Assembly: GCA_964016885.1 (NCBI GenBank)
Contig: OZ024741.1
Location: 74,338,001 to 74,402,000 of the forward strand
Reading direction: 5' to 3'
Source: Eledone cirrhosa
Taxonomy: Eukaryota
Length of the DNA stretch: 64,000 nucleotides
The notes under the pieces were generated by a model. That model saw only the letters and a program-made list of their open reading frames with translations, was not told the origin of the DNA and searched no databases. Positions 25,828-38,066 of this stretch are shown here, in pieces. A program made the translations under genes and the position numbers. How positions within the stretch are numbered: the stretch's first letter is position 1; the number at the start of each line of letters is the position of its first letter.

Positions 25828-26257
25828 AATAAAATAAATTAACAAGACGATTGGTTACTCCTTCCTTACGTTTATTGGTTGGTCACGCGCGTTTTGCCAC
25901 TGATCAGCTCAAGGTTTGATCTGTATCGATCTATCCCGACTCTGTAATCCGCAGCTCGTCAGACCCCTTACCATGGTAATGGCTCTACACCTCGACACTG
26001 AAGTGAACCTAAACATCGAGTGCTCACCCGGGTAAACCTACAGTAACTCCAAGTTACACTCCCTGGATATATATATATATAATAATAATAAGTTGACGGG
26101 ACTAGCATGGGTTTCACTGCTAGTACAGGATGCATCTCAGCATACTCAATAGGTAATGTTATGTAAAATCCCAGAGTAGACACAGTTATTTGCTTCAATA
26201 CAACACATATATATGAATGTATGTATGTATGCAAAAAACAGAATTAATAAAGCAGAT

Positions 26258-26446
26258 AATTGTTTCTACTTTAGGCACATGGCCATATCAATTACCCAGT
26301 GCATTACTGGTACTTTATTTTATCGATCCCGTAAGGATGAAAGGCAAAGTTAACCTCGGCGGGATTTGAACTCAGACCGTAAAGGGACGTAACTATGCTA
26401 GAAAGCATGGCGTCCAACCCTCTACCGATACTGCCAATTCACCGCC
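26258..26446 (-). mobile_element. SINE family A copy
   Basis: Full-length match to family A. Confidence 0.85.
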
Positions 26447-29400
26447 TTACAGACAACATAATACCATGAAGAAATATATTAGTTTAACACTTGATATAGT
26501 AGGAAAAGAGTCTTTACGTTTTTGACACTTAGCCTTCACTAGATAGAATGAGAAATAAAAAATTAAATAGAAAGATAGTAAGAAGAGGAAGGAACCCCCA
26601 CAAATTTTTTTGAGAAAATACATGTGTGTTCAGTCACAAGAACAATCATTTTGTGGCTATTTTTCCTGCTAAAGCAGGGGTCAGTTGTGTGGGCTCCATG
26701 AGATCTTTTCCACTTTGCTGTATCAGATCCATACCCTTTCACCAACCCATTGGCTTTCATTTCCTCTTCTATCTTTGCCGACTATGTCTTTCTTGGTTGC
26801 TCCATTACTCTTCACTCATTTCAGCTAGTCGCTTTCATCCTTTTTCAACACATGACCTAACCATCCCACTCCATGTCTTTTCACAATAACTCCTGTGCAC
26901 TTGGTAGAACATGAAACTATACATAAATGAGATGCAAATCCTTAGCCAGCCTGGGAGATTAGTGGCCCCACTTCAGTATTGACTTGGGTTGTGTAGACAT
27001 ATCCAACCCTTGCTATCAGGGAAAGTTGACGTTAAAATGATGATGATGAACATTTTTTTTTCATCACTATCTCTATTCCAATCATCCTATGCAATTCATT
27101 TGTCTTCCTCTCTCTGAGCGATATGCCACTTATCAACCGAAACATTCTCATTTCCATTCTTTCCAGGCTTTTCTGCTGCTCCACATTTACCACTCATGTC
27201 TCTCTCCCATAAATCCTGGTATTTCTCATGCAGGCAGCTTACACCTTTCTCTTCACGTTCAGTAACACACTCCTCCTCATTAGTGCCACATCCAATTTCT
27301 AGAACTTCGTTTATGCACATCTCAGTCTAGCTAGTGTTGCCAAGACTTATCTACCCTCTGCATTGTACATATCTCTTAAGTAATATTTATATATGAATGT
27401 CAGTGTTATATTTAAATAACTTAAAAACATGTTTTCTTCTATTATTAAATGAAACTGTCGTTCCAACACTAGACAAGAGAGAAGCAACAAAAGTGAGAAG
27501 CGACATTTCTTGAAACTTACACAAACGGCTATAATCAGTCACATTACACATTTTCAATTTAAGTCCAGCACAAGTTGAAGTTGTCATTTTTAACAGCTGC
27601 AATCTCTTATTCATTCTTGAAAATTTAAGACTTTTAAGCTAATCAAATTGACAACACTAAAGATAGGAAATAAAAAAAAAATATCTTGACAACTTAGATA
27701 AATAGGAATTTATAATTACATCTGCTTGCATATATAATGTACAAGTGCTTAACACCTTTGTTGACATATTTCTAATGAAAGGCATCATTTATAATTTTCA
27801 AATCATTTTGAAAATAAAGAATTTGAAGGGATTTAGTAATATAACTTTTGCTTCATTAAACTGATGCTTTGAACATAACTTCATAAAAGTTTTTACATAG
27901 ATTATAATGGAATGTTTAGAACCAAGGGTGGTTTCAGTGAGTTTGGTGTCAAAAGGATTAAGATAGTAGGGTGTGATTTGACAGGTCAAGCAACTGCATA
28001 GTCTCACTTGTTAGCATACTAATTATCATATAGATTGTTTTTTTTTTATCTCCAAGTCATGAGCGATTGATCAGACAGAGAAAAATAAAATGTGTTCCAG
28101 TCATGGCCATCTTTTATAATTTTTTAAATTTATTTTTGTATATCAGTGTCTACATTGTCCTATTATAATATAGACCTGATGAAACTGTTATATATATATA
28201 TATAATTACAATAACAGACTATAAAATCCTTACAAATAATATTCCTAGAAGATTAGATTGCTAAAGAAAAAGTAGTTTTTATTGTTAAAAGGAAACTTCT
28301 AAAGACTAGTCTCCAACTGAAAACAGGAGATCAATATATAGTTAACAAGTCCAGTCTTTAGTTCTTATGAGATCAGAGATAATTTATGTTCAATAACGCT
28401 TCAGTTAAGTTACCATATTGATTGCTAATCACAACATCACAAAGTTATTTTCTCCATTGTTAATAGAAATAATATTTTTGATAAGAGAGGGAGAGAAGAA
28501 GAGAAAGAATGACTAGGTGAGAGGATAATAGCAAAAAATTGATTTAAAATGCATTTTGTTCCTCAAGGGTTTCAATATGAGACTGACTGTTGTTTTTATT
28601 GTTTAGTCTAAGACAAAGCTGATTGAGTAAATCTAGGTATTCCAGACAAGGTAATCCTTTTTATTTTTGAGTTATAATGTACCTCAGACTACATTATTCT
28701 GTGAGTCTAACTTTGTTTTATAAGGCAGTGGGTACTGAGTGGGCAAGGTTATTGCAGCATTGGATTAAAAGGTTTTATAGTATTTGGTTCTGGCTCTCTT
28801 TCACAGTTCAAATTGCCTTTCATGCTTTCAAGGTTGATAAATAAAGCACCAGTTCAGGGCAGTGGATGTGATACTTTGCAGTACCACCCCTTTTTTTTTC
28901 AAATATTTTGAGTCCACTTGTTATTTCACTAGTCCAAACTGTATCAATCTTTGCTTTTCTTTTGAACAACATAGGTGATATGGAGAGGGGAATCTCACAT
29001 GCAAGGGTGAGTATTAGTTTTCTAAATAGGTATTTTCAAAGTGAAAACACATGGTCAGCTTTGACCAAAACAGGCTTATGAAAAAAAGCATGTGATTTGA
29101 GGGAGACTTATTTGCTAACTCAAGCAAGTTGAATGACTATATTAGAAACAGTCAGGGTTTGACAGCTAAGCTCTTGCTGTTTTGATAGCTAATTCTAGAC
29201 TGTTGACAAAACTACTTGCAGTGGACTGGCCATCTCATCAGTAAAATGGTAAGCAGTCCATATAAGGGTAAAGGTTCTTTATGGGTTGTTACAAAAAATT
29301 TATAATAAGTTGATTATATTTTAAGAAAAACTGGTATTGTAGTGGTGTGGGGTGAATTAGGCTGAGTTGAAGAATGGTCATGGGGAAATGGAATGTAGCT

Positions 29401-30999
29401 ATTATCATAATTTATTGGGGTGTGTGTCAGTGTGTGGCCTTCACCATCACTGTGGGCAAAGAGGTCAAAGAATTTAGTCAGCTTAATTGCAGACACAAAA
29501 CCAGCTTTGACCAAAAATCGGAAACACTCCTAGACCCAAAACTGCAGGGTCATGTACATACATGTTTTTATGTGTGTGTCAACAAAAAAAACCCCTATTT
29601 TTTAGTTTTCTCAAAAGATCACTGATTGGCTTGTCAATATTATGACTGTTGTTGTTTCGAGTGTGTGTTTTTAGTTGGAATTATTGTTGTATTTGTTGTG
29701 GGTTGTGCTAAAATTTATTTTTACCTTATTTTATGTGCATATATATATATATATATCTTAATTTAGAAGAGTTCTAATGCTAAGGAGTTGGCATGCATGT
29801 GTGTGGAAATGTAGGTGCATATGCGGCACTTAACATGCTCATATGGATTTGTCCTGCCTACATGTGTGCATGTGTGGGTGGGTGTTTGTGAAGGAGGAAG
29901 GTGGTGTTGATATTTTGCATATGTTGATAGGTGGACAGGTCAACACAGACTAACAGGCACACACACACATACACAGAGGCAGGCAGATAGGTGGTCAGGC
30001 CAACACAACACAGAGAGATAGATATACACAATATTTGTCTCTCACACATAAATACTACCAACAAAACACAAAAAATATGACCAATACACACAAGCAATAT
30101 TACCAACACAGGCCCTTGCCCTTCTGAGTTCAAATCCTGCCAAGGTTAACTTTGCCTTTCATCCTTACGGGGTCGATAAAATAAAGTACCAGTAATGCAC
30201 TGGTTGATTGCTGGCCTTGTGCCAAAAGTAGAAACAAATATTACCAACACATGGCCACATCAATATTACTAACACACACAATACTATAAACACACAAATA
30301 TGACCACCAACACACATACACATCAACACACACACGCACACACACACATCAATATTACAAACACCGCAAACAACAATTTTAAGAAAAAGAACACATTCAA
30401 CACAATAGATACAGCAATATTTATATTTCCCACAACTCACAAAGAACAAAACACATCCCAATTTTACCATCATGCATACATGCATACACACATTTCACAC
30501 AACATTCACACAGCACATTATTACCTACTACATACAGACAACACAATATTACCATTAACACACACACAACAAACATACACAGCAGAAATGTTGCAGATAT
30601 AATTGAAGAGAAAGTATTATGAGTAAGGTGAAGTAATATTCTATTTCTGACAAGTCAATTTGGTGAAATGGAGCCATATAATAAAGAGGTTGGCAACTTA
30701 ATTATTATCAAATGAACTTGTAACAGAGAAGAAGCAGAAAGTTAACAAAAACGGAAGTTATCTATGGAGTTTTCATTGATTTTCTGTCACTTTCTACATT
30801 AAGGAGTTCATATTTTTTTTTTTTTTTTCATAAATATTTCTATATGTAAAGAAACAGAATCTTAAAGCTGATAAATTATCAATTTATTCTTCTTACTGCT
30901 TTCAGTCAATGAACTTTAAACTTCAGCCATGTTGGCACAATGCCCTTAAGTGTTTTTACTTGAGCATATCGACCCCCTTTTTATATGCTTGTATGACAT

Positions 31000-31380
31000 G
31001 GACATTCACAGTGGAATTATAGAGTAAAATATTGATAGTTGAAATGAGATGCTACTGAAAAATCATGTGAATCTCCTACATGGTTAAACATAAAGGATTT
31101 TGCACCAGCAATCAGGTAGCATGTGGACAACTACAAAAACCTGCTAACCACTGTAAAGAGAAGAAAAATGAGATGGTACAGTCACATGACAAGAATGATA
31201 GACTGATCAAGACCATCTTCCAGAGGAAAACAAAAAGTAAGGGTATCAGAAGAAAAGATTTGGTGGATAACATGTTGGAATGGACCAGAAAAGACTTCAA
31301 CATAATCCAAGTCCTGATTTGAAAGGTAATATACTGCTTCACATTTCAGCACTCTCATGATCCTGTGAGGTTGCAAGATT
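31000..31380 (+). mobile_element. Old degenerate RTE-like 3' fragment
   Basis: Remnant motifs EMRCY, WYSHMTR, KTI.Q with stops and frameshifts. Confidence 0.45.
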
Positions 31381-32483
31381 GGTAGTAATATATCACCCTA
31401 ATCCAATATATATTTCAGTCAGGAGGTACAGGGATAGTTGTGTGGTTTAGAAACTGACATCTAAAGCATGAAGCTTTGAGTTCAGGCCCACTGAATGGTA
31501 TCTTATGAGTGAATTTGGTAAAAGGAAACTGTGAAAGTCCATTATTCATATCTATGTGTGTATTTATGTACATATCTTAGCATCCAAACCGCTGCTATGT
31601 CAGTGAATCTTTGCCACATCCAGCTTTAGAAATTGACCATGGAACTGTGTGTATCCAGTTTAGAATAGGTACATGGTATCTCTACATATTATAAGAGGTG
31701 ACTAAAAGGGTGGTACTAGGAAAGGCATTCTGCTGTGAAGCATTGCCTCAAAAAGGACCCCCCATGGGGCATGTAAGGCTAATCCTTGCTTTAGTGAGGA
31801 AAATGGCCTTAACCCCTTGATACCAAGCTGCCTGAAAATGATCATGGTGGTGATACAAACTTGTTTGTTTTGAAGTGTATATATTTATCTACATACCTTT
31901 CATTATATTTTATATAAGAACCAATATTAAGTTATGCTCCAAACACCATCTTAATAATGAGAAAGTTAGTTTATTTCCAAAATAATTTAAAAATCATAAG
32001 TAGTGTTTTTCATTAAAAATGTGTTAATGAAAGGGTTAACACACTTATGTTGTTGTATTCATTTCATTTATTTCTATCAATTGGTGCACCAATTTACCTC
32101 AGTATACACATACACAATGTACAAATTTACACCAGTATACAGAAACACACACCTACACAAAAAATTAATTAAGGCTATTTTCACTGCTAAAGAAGGGATT
32201 AGCTTTGGGGCTTATACTCATCATAAGCTCCTTTTTGAGGCAAAGTCTTATGGCAAGATGACCTTCATGGTATCAACCCTTTTGGTCACCTCTTACGACA
32301 CACAGGTATATGATGTACCTATTTTAAACTGAATACATAAATCCAAACACACACGCATACACAGTATATATTAACTTAAATACACATATATATAGTATAT
32401 ATATATACCCAGAAACACATATACACACACTCAGATACACATATACATACATTTGTTTCTATTGGAAATGGTACTACTTCATT

Positions 32484-32746
32484 TAACCCTTTTGATATGA
32501 AACCATGTAAAAATGCCCCTAGTTCTATGATACAAGCTGTTTGTCTTAAAGGGTTTATATTTATCTAAAAGCACTCTAAACTTTATTAATCTATGCTCCA
32601 AACAGTAGTTTAATAATGAAAGAGTGAGATATATTACTAAACACTTGCATTTTTTTTTTTATTATTTTCAAAATGATGATGATGATGATGATTTGAAAAT
32701 CATTAGTTAATGTCTTTCACAAGAAATAGGATAATGAAAGGGTTAA
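32484..32746. mobile_element. TTAA-flanked MITE (piggyBac-like ends), representative of a multi-copy family
   Basis: TTAACCCTTT...AAAGGGTTAA ends. Related copies at about 5107-5660, 7290-7680, 27750-27961, 31810-32040, 50640-50826, 62411-62649 and 63278-63734. Confidence 0.65.
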
Positions 32747-33699
32747 ATAAATTTTTAAAAAAACTTCTGCCTGAAATCAAATCTCATCTCTTTTCACATG
32801 ACATAAAAATTATTTCATTTTACAAATTTGACTATTTTTGGTTATGTCACTAGTTTTGGTTACCTCATTAGTTTCTTCTGACGCTAGTTTTGGTTTCAGT
32901 ACCTATTGTTAGTCAAATGATAACATTTAAAGTAAACTCTCTTTACCTAAGGTTGCTGCAAGGAAATGACAACTCATTGAGTTGGAATTCATTCAAAACT
33001 ATTTGTATTGTCGGAAATTACATGACCAGTCGTGTCTATTAGTGTAATGCCATGCAGCAGTGCTGTTAATCAAATAGAACTGTGGTTAACTGATTCAACA
33101 CAATAGATCAAACATAATAGATATGCCATGATTTAGTGTCTGGTCTTTAGATTATACCTAAAACCACTGGCCTGCAGTGATTCTGTTGTGTGTGGGCTGT
33201 AACGAATGGAATCAAATGGACCTTCGTTGATTTTGATGATGACTGTTTCAGTTGTATGGTCAACAGAACAGTCTGCTTGTAAAATTGCCATGTAAGTGGC
33301 TTAACACTTCACAGACATGAGTACACTTAATGTAGTTCTCAGGGAGATTTATCATGACATAATATGTGACAAGGCCATATCTTTTAATTAGTTTCTGTCC
33401 ATCTTGTACTAGAGTCTAAGTGGATGAGAATTTCACAGACACATGACATGTATCCATAACATAATTATCAGAGAGATGAAGCATAACAATATTTTTGGAT
33501 TACAGGTGCAGTCCATCTTATATTATAGTCTCCATGGCTGAGATTTCCACAAACATATGTACCCTTAACATAATCCTAAGAGAGATTCAGCAGTACACAA
33601 TATATGACAAAACTGGCCATTTGAATTACAGATACAGTTCACCTGACAAGTTACCAGCAATTCAATTTGACTCATAAGGCTTTGGTTGACTCAAGGACC

Positions 33700-34092
33700 C
33701 TGGCAATGAGGATCAATGGCATTGATAGCAGAACCCTAAGGACCATCGAGAACATCAGATGGTACCACCATGTTTCCAACATCAGGCCGCAGCCCCCGCC
33801 TCAGCTGGTATGGACATATCCTCCACCCGTCACCAAGTCATCCTATCAGGGCCTTATTCTTGTTTGATACAGCAGCTACAGGCTGGAAGAGGCCCCTCAC
33901 CAGATAGCTGGATGTCATCAAGGTAGATCTCAAGAGGCTTGATGTCACCTTGGAGGATGCAGTGCAGCTGGCACAGGACCCCCAGCAATGGAGGCCACTG
34001 GTAGACCTGGTCAGCTCTATGCATGATGATGCCTCAGGGATTACTGATTTAGGATGACCCAAGTCTCATCAAGCAAAAGCAAGAAGAAGAAG
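33700..34092 (+). mobile_element. 3' fragment of a further RTE-clade family
   Basis: RINGIDSRTLRTIENIRWYHHVSN, WYGHIL, GWKRP, AVQLAQDPQQWRPLV; tail CAAGCAAAAGCAAGAAGAAG; GC-richer than its flanks. Confidence 0.65.
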
Positions 34093-37000
34093 CATCAAAT
34101 ATTTTTTTATCAACTTGTAATAACAGAAAGTGGAGCCAGTGAGTGATCCTTTACATTAGTAATTCTACAAATTTAAAAACAATTTAACCACTCCATTGAC
34201 CCCATTGACCTCCATTGACCCCATGCATGGACAAACCAGATGATGCATAATGTCCTTGAGCATTGCTCTTACTTTTTTTTCATGTTGTTGAAGTCTATCT
34301 AGTTGAAAATGGGTGTTATTGGCAGTTAGGGATTAGCTTTGTGATAGACTGGCATCCAATCCAGGGAAAAGTCTTGTATTCTCAGTTACATAACACCCAT
34401 GAAGCTAGTAGAAGCTCCAGACTTCTTGTGAAAGCATTGAAAAAAATGAACAAAAACGATAAATCTAACTCACTTGCAACCAAAGAAGAATATCCTTTCA
34501 TAGTAACCTTATTTGTTTGATGTTAAAATAGATTTTTAAATGCAAAATAAATAAATAATAATAACAACAATAATAATAAAATAATTTCAAAGTTCTAATT
34601 TTAAATTTAGTTTCTTCTTTTTTTAATTCTATTTTTAAGGTTGCATTTTAAAATCACTTATAGTTGAGAGACTAAAACAACCAACTCACCCACCAAACCC
34701 ATTAGCTTACCAACCAATAATTTTGTAGTACAAATCATAGTACCTTAAATTCTTAAAAGTAAACGACCATAAATGAACAACAAAAGTTGTTTTTATTTCA
34801 AAGAATTTGATGTTAAATGCCTTTAAGTAAGTGTTTCTAAAAACGTTTTTGGTTTTCTTTTTCTTTTATAAGAATGATTTTCTTAATAAAACTGCAAAGT
34901 AAAAATTCACCAAAAAAGATGATTTTAGGCTGGCTGCAGAATTACAGCTTATTGTAATCCTCTCAAATTTGACACACACACACATACACCTGAAGTTGAT
35001 TTCTGAAAAGTCAACATTTTATGTAAACTGTCCAAATAAGCACGTGAAAAACTCTCATAATCTCCTAATAAATATATGTGATAAAGATTCTGAAATGGAA
35101 AACTACTTTTTGAAATAGTGTAGTGTATAACTATTATGGTGTATATATGGAATTGTGTATATATAGAATGGTGTATAAATAGCATGGTGTATAACTAGCC
35201 TAGTTATATATATATATATAGCATGCTATATAACTACTATTGTGTATGTAAATTATCATGCATATGTAGTATATTGTATAATAAAATATAGTGTGTATAT
35301 ATATAGTATGGTGTACATCTAGTCTGGTGTATAAGTATTGTGGGGTGCATATATAGTAAAAAACCTCCTTCAGTCATGAATGACAATGGGATTTGCAAAG
35401 AGAAAGTTCTCCTCTGAGGCACAAGTCAGAGCAAGATTATTTGCAGTTGACTATGCATACCAGTCTCCCCTCTCTATGCCACCAGTGTTGTGCAAGGGAA
35501 AGACAATGGCTGATACAGCTTGGCACCAGTGACGTTGCAACTCATTCCTACAGCTGATTAAAACTGGAGCAACGTAAAATAAAGTCAGTCAAGGAATGAA
35601 ACAATTGCAAGCCCAATGCTCTAACCACAAAGCCATGCTCCTTCACAACACATATATATATATACATGGTGTGTGTATATAGTATGGTGTATCAACCATA
35701 ATAATATGCCATATGTGCTTGATTATTTATTTATATATCTGTCTGTAACTGATTGAAATTTACACACATAAACAAACATACATACACACAATACATTTCC
35801 TATCTCAATCATGTTAATACAATAAGAAGTTATCTTTCCAATCACAAGATTCTGAGTTTTAACTCTAAGTTTCTCCCTGTAAATAGTTATTTTTCCAAAG
35901 TTATACATTCAGTCATGTTAGGCATTTATACATATTTGCCATACTTTTATTCTTATAGTAATCACTTCTGAAAAACATCAATTTATCAAAATACATATTT
36001 CCTATCTTGTATGATTGTTCATATATGCAGTAAATCTTGGATAGCATACTAATCATGAACTCCAAAAATTAACTATGTTCAATGCTGTAACCATCACTAC
36101 AGACGGCCGGCACAAGTCCACTAGTTAAGAGAACTGGATCTTTAAAGTACAAGACAATGCAAATATTTTAAGTCATCTTTCCTGTTAAAGCAAGAGGCTA
36201 AACTAGTGGGCCCCATGACAGATTTAATTATACTCATCATGAGGTCTATTTCGAGATGTTTTTTGTATAGACAAATGCCCTTCATGGTCAGTGTATTTAT
36301 TCTATAATGGATACATACAATTAAGTTAAAGATGTACATCCATATATGTATACTGAAATATTAAATAACTAACTGAACAATGAATGTTTTAAGGACATTT
36401 TTCCTTGTTAAAGTGGGGTTAGTTCCATGATAGGCTTAATTAGATTCATCGTGGGGTTCTTTTTGAGGCAATGTTTTACAGTCACCTCCCCTATCTGGTG
36501 CCAACCATTTTATTGCCTGATACGGTATGCAGAGATACTGAGTACCTTTTCTAAAAAGTGGATTACTAACAGTATTTTTTTTATTAAAAAGATCTAGTGT
36601 ACCTATTAAAAAAATTGGGATATACACAGTAACATTTCAGGACGAGAGAGAGAGAGAGAGAGAAGGACAGAACCATAAAAGAAAATAGAATATATCTGAA
36701 CCACTTTGATCATTAGCATCTTCAACCTCATTACACTTTTTCTCTCAAGAATACCGAATGTAATTGTTTATTGGCTTCAAAATGTGTAATTTAGATTTTG
36801 TATTCTATAGTTCTCTTATTTCATTGTAATTTTACATGTATGAATATATAAGAGAAATAAAATACTAAAAGAAGAGAGGAAGTACTAAAGCCATTGTGTA
36901 ATCTCTGTGCGGAAATAACAACGATGGAGTTGAGATGCAGTATACAGTCAGTTCAGCTACTCATATATTTTCACTGAATATTCACAATAAATACAACACA

Positions 37001-37460
37001 ATTTGGATATCTAACTGTTAAAGAAACTTACGATGGCTCTTAGCAAAATACACCTTTTTCACTCACTATTCATGATCATATAAATGTTGTTTACTTTGTT
37101 GTTTCAATTTACTTTTTGCACACACACACACACACACATATGTGTGTGTGAGAGTGGTGTATAGAGAGAGGGAGAACAAAACAAAATTGATCTGAGAAGT
37201 TTGTTTGCTACAAAAGTCTTAACATGTCAGCTGTAACTGATTTGCACAAATCTAAAGAAATCTAGAAAAACACAGACAGAGAGGCAAACAATCTGTTTTA
37301 CAGTTCTATATAATGTCCAGGTATGGCTGCATGGTTGAGGAATTCACTTCACAACCATAGGAACTTGGGCAAGTTGTTTACTACTATAAAATCAGGCTGA
37401 CCAATGTCTTCAATGCAGAATCTCATTGTATTATATACACCACTTTATATATATCTATCT

Positions 37461-37796
37461 ATCATCATCATCATCATTTTACGTCCGCTTTTCCCTGCTT
37501 GCAAGGGGGACGGGAACTGATTCTGGCTTGATTTCTACAGCTGGATGCCCTTCCTAACACCAACCTCATTTACAGTGAGTGCTGGGTGCTTTTTTTGTCA
37601 TGGCACCTCCACACCACTTTGCAGTGGAATGATAGGGACCCCAGTCCTATCATCTCATTTCTACAGCTGAGTAAACTGGAGCAATATGAAATAAAGTGTC
37701 TTGCTCAAGGAAACAACACATCACCCGGCCTGAGAATTGAACTCACAACCTTTCGATTGCAAGGCCAATGCTCTAACCACTAAGCCATATGCCTCC
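37461..37796 (-). mobile_element. tRNA-derived SINE family B (CORE-like centre, RTE-derived tail)
   Basis: Head TGGCTTAGTGGTTAGAGC...GAGTTCAA, centre TTGAGCAAGACACTTTATTTCA...CAGCTGTAGAAATGAG, RTE-type tail with (GAT)n. Confidence 0.8.
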
Positions 37797-38066
37797 ATTA
37801 TATATATATAAAGTGCCTAGTCCACACTGTAAAGTAGTCATGTTGGTGACATGACAAAAAGTGCTCAGCCCACGCTGTAAAATGGTCGTGTAGGTGTCAC
37901 GTCAAAAAACACCCGGCACACACTGTAAATTTGGTTGGCATTAGGAAGGGCATCCAGCTGTAGAAACCAAGCCAAAATCAGTTCTATGTGAATGAAACAC
38001 AGTCCTCCGACCTGATCTCTCGCAAAGGGCCAGCCCATCCTACCCATGCTAGCAATGGAAAATGGA

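Noticed and set aside
27521-27600. Possible extra DGK exon (GTAAGT donor at 27520, minus strand)
   Set aside because: The open frame ends in phase 1 while the neighbours are phase 0, there is no DGK similarity, and the flanking exons already join without a gap.
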